Below, piece by piece: positions 57,247-64,000 of a DNA stretch of 64,000 nucleotides (its first letter is position 1; each line of letters starts with the position of its first letter). The DNA comes from Sedimentisphaeraceae bacterium JB056 (GTDB taxonomy: Bacteria > Planctomycetota > Phycisphaerae > Sedimentisphaerales > Sedimentisphaeraceae). A program made the position numbers and the translations under genes. The stretch is from contig JBITAJ010000018.1 in NCBI GenBank assembly GCA_044440125.1, forward strand, positions 64,001-128,000, written 5' to 3'. The notes beneath the pieces are model-generated. The model made no database searches. It saw nothing but the letters and a program-made list of their open reading frames with translations, and was not told the DNA's origin.

Positions 57247-59559
57247 TTATAGCTTTATTTGAAGGCCTAAGGATTCACCGAAAGTTCCGCCGGTTCCGCC
57301 TCGGCGTGGTTTTTCCTGATTTCTGCCTCTATTGTCTTTTCTGTTTTGCGGACGATTGTTTTGAGGTCTGTCATTACCCTTACTCTCACCTGTAACACGT
57401 TTTTTTGTTGTGAGATCGGAAGGGTCGGCATTTGTCCTCATGCTTAGTCCTATTCGCTTTCTTGGTACATCAACTTCCATTACAGTGACAGTGACTCTTT
57501 GCTGCACCTTGGTTACTTCAGTAGGATCGGAGACGAAGTGGTCGCATAGTTCGCTGATATGCACAAGTCCGTCTTGATGCACGCCTATGTCCACAAACGC
57601 ACCGAATGCCGTTACATTGGTAACTATGCCTGGCAGTTTCATTCCAGGGTTAAGATCTGTGATTTCGTTAATGCCTTCCGCGAAGCTGAAAGCATCAAAT
57701 TTTTCACGTGGATCTCGGCCCGGTTTGGCAAGTTCTTCCTTGATATCTGTAAGAGTTGGAAGACCTACCGTTTCAGTAACATAATCAGTAAGTTTTATTT
57801 TGTCCTGCAGGGCTTTGTTTTTGATAAGCTCTTCAATATTGCATCCAATGTCAGAAGCCATCTTATTTACAATTGGATATGATTCGGGGTGTACAGCACT
57901 TATATCAAGCGGATTGTCTGAATTACGTACGCGAAGGAAGCCTGCGCATTGCTCGAAGCATTTGTCACCAAGACCGGAAACTTTCTTTATGCTTTCACGA
58001 CTATTGAAAGCGCCATTTTCATTTCGGTAATTGATGATTCTTTCAGCAAGAGTTGGGCCTACACCTGAAACATAAGTCAGAAGCTGCTTACTTGCAGTAT
58101 TGATGTCAACACCAACGCTGTTAACGCAGCTCACAACAACGTCATCCAGTTTGTTTTTCAGCTTTTTCTGGTCAACATCATGCTGGTATTGGCCGACGCC
58201 AATTGATTTTGGGTCGATTTTTACCAGTTCAGCCAATGGGTCCATGAGTCTGCGGCCGATAGATACAGCTCCTCTTACTGTGAGGTCTTTATCTGGGAAT
58301 TCTTCTCTGGCTACTTCCGATGCTGAATAAACACTTGCGCCGCTCTCATTGACCATTACAATATTGATACTTGATGGCAAACCAAGCTTTCTCAGGTAGC
58401 CTTCTGTTTCTCTGCCTGCCGTACCATTACCAATCGCTATAGCTTCAATATCATACTTTTGGCATAGTGCCATGATTTTCATGCCGTCAGCATCAGCTTT
58501 TGCCTGGCCTGTATGCGGGTATACAACATCATCAAACAGAAGTTGTCCCTGGCTGTCAAGTGTTACAAGCTTGCAACCGGTTCTAAAGCCGGGGTCAATA
58601 GCCATAACCCTCTTTTGGCCAAGTGGGGCGGCTAGAAGAAGCTCGCGAAGATTATCCGCGAACACCTTGATTGCCTCTTCATCAGCTCGCTTCTTTGTCT
58701 CCATCCTTATCTCTGTCTCCATGGATAAGGAAAGAAGCCTCTTATAACAGTCTGCTATTGCAAGTTTTACTTGGGTAGCAGAGTCATTTGATGCTGCTAT
58801 GTATTTTGAAACAATAACTTCAATGGCTTCTTCTACCGGAGCTTCTATACGCATTGAAAGCATCTTTTCATTTGCGCCGCGTCTTATTGCGAGTATTCGG
58901 TGTGATGGTGCGGTAGCTACAGGTTCCTGCCATTCATAATAGTCCTTATACTTGACTGCTTCTTCTTCCTTGTCCTTCAAGACTTTGGTAATGAACATAC
59001 CTTTTTCGCTGTAATGCTTACGCATTTTTTCACGTATTTCAGCATCTTCATTTATCATTTCAGCAATGATATCTCTTGCACCGGCAAGTGCATCCTCAGC
59101 CGTATCAACTTCTTTTTCTTTGCTGATATACTTTGCGGCTTCTGCGGTAATATCAAGATCGGTTTGTTCAAGTAGTTTCTCAGCAAGAGGCTCGAGTCCT
59201 TTTTCTTTGGCAATTGTTGCACGGGTACGTCTCTTAGGACGGTATGGCAGATAAATGTCTTCAAGTTTTGCCATAGTTTCAGCTACAAGCAGTTGTTTGT
59301 GCAGCTTTTCGGTAAGTTTTCCTTGTTCTTTAATCGAAGCTATTATTGCTTCTCTTCTCTTGTCAAGTTCATCAAGCTGGGCAAGCCTGTCGCGTATTGC
59401 CGATATCGCAACCTCATCAAGGCTGCCTGTCATTTCTTTACGATAACGTGCGATAAAGGGAACGGTCGAACCTTCATCTAAAAGTTTATAGACTGATTCT
59501 ACTTGATTTAATCTGACGCCAAGTTCATTGGCTATCTTAATAATATGCTCTGTTACCAT
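57247..59559 (-). CDS. tex: Tex/YhgF transcription accessory protein (S1 RNA-binding domain)
   Basis: TVPFIARYRKE.TG.LDE, DPGFRTGCK, IAIGNGTAGRET, ELVKIDPKSIGVGQYQHDV, S1 motif FGAFVDIGVHQDGLVHIS. Confidence 0.96.
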   Translation of the reverse strand: MVTEHIIKIANELGVRLNQVESVYKLLDEGSTVPFIARYRKEMTGSLDEVAISAIRDRLAQLDELDKRREAIIASIKEQGKLTEKLHKQLLVAETMAKLEDIYLPYRPKRRTRATIAKEKGLEPLAEKLLEQTDLDITAEAAKYISKEKEVDTAEDALAGARDIIAEMINEDAEIREKMRKHYSEKGMFITKVLKDKEEEAVKYKDYYEWQEPVATAPSHRILAIRRGANEKMLSMRIEAPVEEAIEVIVSKYIAASNDSATQVKLAIADCYKRLLSLSMETEIRMETKKRADEEAIKVFADNLRELLLAAPLGQKRVMAIDPGFRTGCKLVTLDSQGQLLFDDVVYPHTGQAKADADGMKIMALCQKYDIEAIAIGNGTAGRETEGYLRKLGLPSSINIVMVNESGASVYSASEVAREEFPDKDLTVRGAVSIGRRLMDPLAELVKIDPKSIGVGQYQHDVDQKKLKNKLDDVVVSCVNSVGVDINTASKQLLTYVSGVGPTLAERIINYRNENGAFNSRESIKKVSGLGDKCFEQCAGFLRVRNSDNPLDISAVHPESYPIVNKMASDIGCNIEELIKNKALQDKIKLTDYVTETVGLPTLTDIKEELAKPGRDPREKFDAFSFAEGINEITDLNPGMKLPGIVTNVTAFGAFVDIGVHQDGLVHISELCDHFVSDPTEVTKVQQRVTVTVMEVDVPRKRIGLSMRTNADPSDLTTKKRVTGESKGNDRPQNNRPQNRKDNRGRNQEKPRRGGTGGTFGESLGLQIKL

Positions 59560-59574
59560 TGATGTGTTCTTTTT

Positions 59575-60543
59575 CTAATTTTTTGCTTTGTACTCCAGAA
59601 TCGCAAGCGATGCATTACCGATAATGCCGGCATCTTCACCCAAGCTTGCAAACATTATTTCTATATTTTTTTCTCGGCCGGGCCATGCATATTTTGCGAA
59701 ATAGTATTTTATTCTGCTCAGAAGTTGTTCGCCTGCAGCAATCATACCGCCGGCAAAAACTATTTTTTTCGGATCCATAAAATTCATTATATTAACGCAT
59801 AAAAGTCCGAGCACCTTTGCAGTGCCTTCCGTTATGTTTACCGAAAGATCGTCTCCGTCAGCAGCATGCAGATAGATATCTTTACATGTCACTTCACCCT
59901 TTTCCTTGTATATTGCTTGAAGGCTGGATTCGATACCTTCAGCAAGAAGTTCATTGGCTCTTCTTGCTGTTGAAGATGCCGATGCGTATGTTTCTGCGCA
60001 TCCAAGTTGCCCGCATCCGCATTTACGCCCGTCCGGATAGATGATTATGTGTCCGAGTTCCCCGCATGCGTCAGTGCTGCCGTGTGCAAGTTTGCCGCCG
60101 GTTATTACTGCTCCACCTATGCCCGTACCCAGGGTTAGGAACGCCATATCGTCCGCATCTTCAGCGACTCCGCAAACATGTTCGGCCCATCCCGCTGCAT
60201 TTGCATCGTTTTCCATAACCACTGGTACACCCATAGCCTCTGCTAACATGTCTCTTATAGGGCACCCATGGAATAACGGAAGATTGGGAGGAGAAACAAG
60301 AATGCCTTCCTTGAGGTTGACAGGGCCTGGAAGCCCAATGCCCATATATCCAATATCAATCTTGTCTATAGAGTTTTCTGAAAGTATCTTCTCGCATGCT
60401 TGAACTATTGCTTCAATACATACTTCAGGCCCTTTGTCGGCATACGTTGGTATTGAATCTTTGACGATTAGATTAAGATCCTTATCAAAAAGACCTAACT
60501 TAATATTGGTGCCGCCAAAATCGATTCCTATAAATTTTTTCAT
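59575..60543 (-). CDS. ROK-family sugar kinase (glucokinase-like)
   Basis: IGIDFGGTNIK, ENDANAA, TLGTGIGG, GELGH, CGCGQLGCAE. Confidence 0.92.
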   Translation of the reverse strand: MKKFIGIDFGGTNIKLGLFDKDLNLIVKDSIPTYADKGPEVCIEAIVQACEKILSENSIDKIDIGYMGIGLPGPVNLKEGILVSPPNLPLFHGCPIRDMLAEAMGVPVVMENDANAAGWAEHVCGVAEDADDMAFLTLGTGIGGAVITGGKLAHGSTDACGELGHIIIYPDGRKCGCGQLGCAETYASASSTARRANELLAEGIESSLQAIYKEKGEVTCKDIYLHAADGDDLSVNITEGTAKVLGLLCVNIMNFMDPKKIVFAGGMIAAGEQLLSRIKYYFAKYAWPGREKNIEIMFASLGEDAGIIGNASLAILEYKAKN

Positions 60544-60603
60544 TTCGTATTCTTCTAACAATCAAACCAATTTAATTTGTTTTAACAATTTGCTTATATA
60601 GCT

Positions 60604-61929
60604 TTACAGCCCTCTGTTTTCGTTATGCTTTCTGAACATAAGTCGTATTGGAACTTCACTTACAGGTAAAAGGTCTCTTAGCCTGTTTATCATAAATCTC
60701 TGATAATTCTCGTCGAAATAATCAGGACGATTCACGAAAACAAGAAGGGAAATCGGTTGAACGCCGACTTGTGTTGCGTAGTATATGCGAGGGAACCCAC
60801 CTTTTTTGGCTGTTCCTACTTTTTCGTTCTTGATTTCATCCATAGCCTTATTTAGTATGGATGTTGGTATCTCGCAGATACTTTGTTTATAAAGTTCTGT
60901 GGCCAAGTCAAGTGTACTTTGCAGGTTTTTGCCGTCTTTGGCTGTCGTGAATGCTATTGGTGCATATCTTAAACCCGGAAGTACTTCTGATAGATAATCA
61001 GCGTAATCATCGGTATCTGCATCGTCTTTTACAAGGTCCCATTTGTTGACCACAAGAATGCATGGCTTGAATTCATCAGAGATGAATTTTGCGAGTTTCT
61101 TATCTACCTGAGATATCGGCAGGGTAGCGTCAATCATGAACAGTACTACATCTGCGCGAGTTATAGATTTTGTAGCTCTCGTATAACTGTAGTATTCAAC
61201 ATTTTCCTTCATCTTGTTCTTTTTATAAATACCGGCAGTATCTATAGCGATGAAGGTTTGCCCATCTCTTTCAAATCGGATATCCACGGCATCTCTGGTT
61301 GTGCCGGCGATCTCGCTTACAATCATTCTTTCCTGACCAACAATTGAATTCACGAAACTGCTTTTACCGGCGTTTCTTTTGCCGACAATGGCAAGTTTCA
61401 TGATTGCTTCCTGGGGGTTCTCCCATTCTATATGTTTAAGTCTTTCAATGACAGCATCCATCATTTTAGACTTATTCAAATTGCTTGTGGCAGATACGCA
61501 TAAAGCTTCACCAAAGCCCAATCTCACAAATTCAGCAGCTCGTGGAAATAGACTTGCCTTGTCTGCCTTATTGGCTATGACCATGACATTAGGATTGTGT
61601 TTCCGCAGTAGACGGGCTATCTTGTTTTCAAGAGGAGTGATTCCTTCACGGATATCTACAACGAATAGAATAAGATCGGCAGAGCGTATTGCTACATCTA
61701 TCTGCGATTCAATTTGATCGCTTAAGGCCTCTTTGTCAACGATGCCGTATCCACCTGTATCAAGCATTTCTATATGCGTGTCGCCATAACGCACCATTAC
61801 ACTCACCCTGTCGCGGGTGATGCCGGGTGTTGGCTCTACAATACTTATCATCGAGCCGGCAAGTGCATTAAGCAGCGAACTTTTGCCTACGTTTGGTCGT
61901 CCTATTATAGCAACTGTTGGTACTGCCAC
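60604..61929 (-). CDS. der: Ribosome biogenesis GTPase Der (EngA)
   Basis: Two G-domains: GRPNVGKS/DTGG/NKAD and GKRNAGKS/DTAG/NKWD. Confidence 0.96.
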   Translation of the reverse strand: MAVPTVAIIGRPNVGKSSLLNALAGSMISIVEPTPGITRDRVSVMVRYGDTHIEMLDTGGYGIVDKEALSDQIESQIDVAIRSADLILFVVDIREGITPLENKIARLLRKHNPNVMVIANKADKASLFPRAAEFVRLGFGEALCVSATSNLNKSKMMDAVIERLKHIEWENPQEAIMKLAIVGKRNAGKSSFVNSIVGQERMIVSEIAGTTRDAVDIRFERDGQTFIAIDTAGIYKKNKMKENVEYYSYTRATKSITRADVVLFMIDATLPISQVDKKLAKFISDEFKPCILVVNKWDLVKDDADTDDYADYLSEVLPGLRYAPIAFTTAKDGKNLQSTLDLATELYKQSICEIPTSILNKAMDEIKNEKVGTAKKGGFPRIYYATQVGVQPISLLVFVNRPDYFDENYQRFMINRLRDLLPVSEVPIRLMFRKHNENRGL

Positions 61930-62021
61930 AGTTTTGCCTTTCTTGTATTATTGATGCCTAAATGGGCTATTTGTCGTATACTAACTGCATTCCTGATACC
62001 TTAATCAAGAATGAATGGCGA

Positions 62022-62050
62022 ATTATAACAGATTTGAACGTGCAAAGCAA
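62022..62050 (-). promoter_or_regulatory. Putative der-operon promoter
   Basis: Minus strand reads TTGCTT-N17-TATAAT with extended -10 TG. Confidence 0.5.
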
Positions 62051-62184
62051 GATAACAGTAAGCCTGTGGATTGCAAAACAAAAAAACTTCAGATTTTAAT
62101 CGCTATATTGTCTTTTTGGAAATATAGCTTGAATGTAAAGGTGGAAAGGCTAAGATGGATTTCTTAATTTTTCAGGAGTTTTAG

Positions 62185-63294
62185 ATGAGATTAAATTTGA
62201 GTATTTTTATTGTCGGAGTGATGATTAACATGGCCAATGCAAGAACTATTCCGGTCTACTTTGGCACTTATTCAGAAGGTATATACCGAAGTGTATTTGA
62301 TGATGAGAATGGCAAGCTGAGCAATCCGGTGTTGGCGGGGCGGCTTAATGGTGCATCTTATTTTGTTATTGATAGCGAGAGGAGTTTCCTATATTCAGTC
62401 AGCGAGTCAGGCCCAAGCAGCGAGATTGCTGCATTTAAGATAGAGGATGATATGTCGCTGAGACTTATCAATAAATTACCTTCGGGTGGCAGCTCTGCGT
62501 GTTATTTGAGTTTTGACAAAACAGAGAGATATCTCTTTGCAGCTAATTACAGCAGCGGCACTGTCGCCGTGTTTAGTATTGCGAAAGACCATAGCTTGAA
62601 AGAAATGACATGCCTTGTTCAGCACGAAACTGGAAAAGATGAGGCGGGCAATGCTGTGAGTCCAAGAGCGCATAGCATGATACCGGATATTTACAATAAG
62701 CATCTTTTTTCTGCGGATCTTGGCCTTGACAGAATAATGATATATGACTTTGATATTGAGTCAGGCCAAATTAAATCTGCATCTCAACCATTTCTTCAGC
62801 TTGAAAAGGGCAGTGGACCTCGGCATCTTGTTTTCAATGATACTGGCGAGGTTTTGTACTGTATTAATGAGCTTGCATCTACAATAGCGGTTTTGGCATA
62901 TTTTCCCGAGAATTCTTCGAAAATGCTGGCTCCTGCGCAGACAATTTCAACATTACCGACTGATTATGAAGGTCGCAATGCTTGTGCGGAAGTGCTTATA
63001 AGTCCTTGTAAAAAATATCTTTATGCCTCTAATAGAGGACATGATACTATTGCTGCTTTTCGCATAAATCCAGATGACGGAAAGCTTAGTTTCTTAGACT
63101 GCTGCACGGGAGACATTGATTTTCCACGTGGTTTCAGGCTGGATCCAAGCGGAAAGTTTTGCTTGGTGGCAAATCAGAAAGGCGACAGTGTTGTTGTTTT
63201 TGCAATTGATCAGAAAGTAGGTCTGCTAAAACGAACAGAACACCGGATTGCGATTGCCAAACCGGTGTTCGTTAAGTTCTTAGATAAGTACTGA
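62185..63294 (+). CDS. pgl: 6-phosphogluconolactonase / lactonase-family beta-propeller
   Basis: YFGTY, AANYSSG, RAHS, ADLGLD, GSGPRH, INEL, YASNRGHD, FPRGF, VANQ. Possible signal peptide. Confidence 0.88.
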   Translation: MRLNLSIFIVGVMINMANARTIPVYFGTYSEGIYRSVFDDENGKLSNPVLAGRLNGASYFVIDSERSFLYSVSESGPSSEIAAFKIEDDMSLRLINKLPSGGSSACYLSFDKTERYLFAANYSSGTVAVFSIAKDHSLKEMTCLVQHETGKDEAGNAVSPRAHSMIPDIYNKHLFSADLGLDRIMIYDFDIESGQIKSASQPFLQLEKGSGPRHLVFNDTGEVLYCINELASTIAVLAYFPENSSKMLAPAQTISTLPTDYEGRNACAEVLISPCKKYLYASNRGHDTIAAFRINPDDGKLSFLDCCTGDIDFPRGFRLDPSGKFCLVANQKGDSVVVFAIDQKVGLLKRTEHRIAIAKPVFVKFLDKY

Positions 63295-63999
63295 TTACTT
63301 TAGTACAAGGTAGTAAAGTTTGCCTTCCTCGTAGGTTTTTCCTGCAACCAGTCCGGCTTCATCGCCTTGACCCATATAGATATCGCATCTGCCGGGAGCT
63401 CTTATCGCTCCCCCAGTGTCCTGATCAAGGAAGAATCCTTTATATGGATATATTACGACTTCATTTCCTATATTCCTGGGCAGCTTTGTGTCTATGAATG
63501 TTAGCGCCGCACGTGGGAAGATTGTTTTGTCTGTAGCTATAGTTCGCAGTCGCATTACCGGTTCGTTAATACTGCCGGTCGGATTACCTTGTGTGATTCG
63601 GAAGAATACAAAGCGAGGATTCGTATTAACGTACCTCGGCACCTGATCTTTATTACGGCTGAAATAGTCGATCATAGCAGACAGACTCATCTTATCAAGT
63701 GGGATTCCTGCGTTTGCACTTAAATCCTTTGTGATGCTTTTATACTCGTAACCATTTGTTGCTGCATAACCTACCGTTACAAGAGACCCGTCTTCAATGC
63801 GTATCTTGGCAGAGCCTTGAACATGAGCTATATAGACTTCGAATGGATCCTCCAGCCATATTATTTCTTTGCCGTTAAGGATGCCGGAACTTTCTATCTG
63901 ACTTCGTGGAGGACATTTCATTAGTTGTCCGCCTGCTCCTTCGATGCCAATCGTTTCTCCTGATTCGTTCTTCACTAATCCATCAGGCATTCCGTAAAG
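63295..63999 (-). CDS. mltA: Membrane-bound lytic murein transglycosylase A, C-terminal part (5' end outside window)
   Basis: LYGMPDGL, AHVQGSA, YAATNGYEYKSI, NPRFVFF, and 3D motif IATD...QDTGGAI...RCDIYMG. Confidence 0.9.
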   Translation of the reverse strand, partial: LYGMPDGLVKNESGETIGIEGAGGQLMKCPPRSQIESSGILNGKEIIWLEDPFEVYIAHVQGSAKIRIEDGSLVTVGYAATNGYEYKSITKDLSANAGIPLDKMSLSAMIDYFSRNKDQVPRYVNTNPRFVFFRITQGNPTGSINEPVMRLRTIATDKTIFPRAALTFIDTKLPRNIGNEVVIYPYKGFFLDQDTGGAIRAPGRCDIYMGQGDEAGLVAGKTYEEGKLYYLVLK

Positions 64000-64000
64000 C

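Noticed and set aside
465..62703. Numerous 60-170 aa ORFs antisense or out of frame within long genes (e.g. 18313..18813, 28361..28837, 44342..44821)
   Set aside because: They overlap well-supported genes and show no motifs; they are shadow ORFs.
63292..63297. Convergent pgl/mltA stops abut with no spacer (also a 4-nt gap at 42741/42746)
   Set aside because: Common in compact genomes; no evidence of regulatory antisense function.

Overview
Bacterial chromosomal DNA, by inference from Planctomycetota (Phycisphaerae/Sedimentisphaerales-like), based on prepilin proteins with H-X9-DG-type tails and secreted proteins ending in Cys-flanked EF-hand/dockerin-like motifs. There are three blocks. (1) Positions 1-41.8 kb are a large glycan-utilisation island. 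It encodes three Cys-type sulfatases, three paralogous sialidase-fold (possibly GH143-like) hydrolases, two SSS transporters, two DHDPS/NAL-family aldolases, two near-identical GH130s, a GH1, a CE7-like esterase, two LacI regulators, a lyase-like + 3xLamG protein, beta-helix and FG-GAP proteins, and two copies of a cassette made of EF-hand-tailed secreted protein(s) followed by a prepilin. No TonB-dependent receptor (SusC/D) is present in the window. (2) Positions 42.7-52.5 kb are a Wsp/ACF-type chemosensory operon with a degenerate CheB receiver and a hybrid kinase instead of a diguanylate cyclase. (3) Positions 52.7-64 kb are housekeeping genes (scpB, exbD, dapF, tRNA-Gln, tex, ROK kinase, der, pgl, mltA). 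The best candidates for new biology are the pilin-based, SusC/D-independent locus architecture, a putative ulosonic-acid (Kdo/Dha/sialic-type) glycan pathway, and a beta-helix/FG-GAP protein present both fused and precisely split into two genes. No IS, prophage, CRISPR or rRNA was seen. All calls come from reading motifs by eye; no database searches were run.
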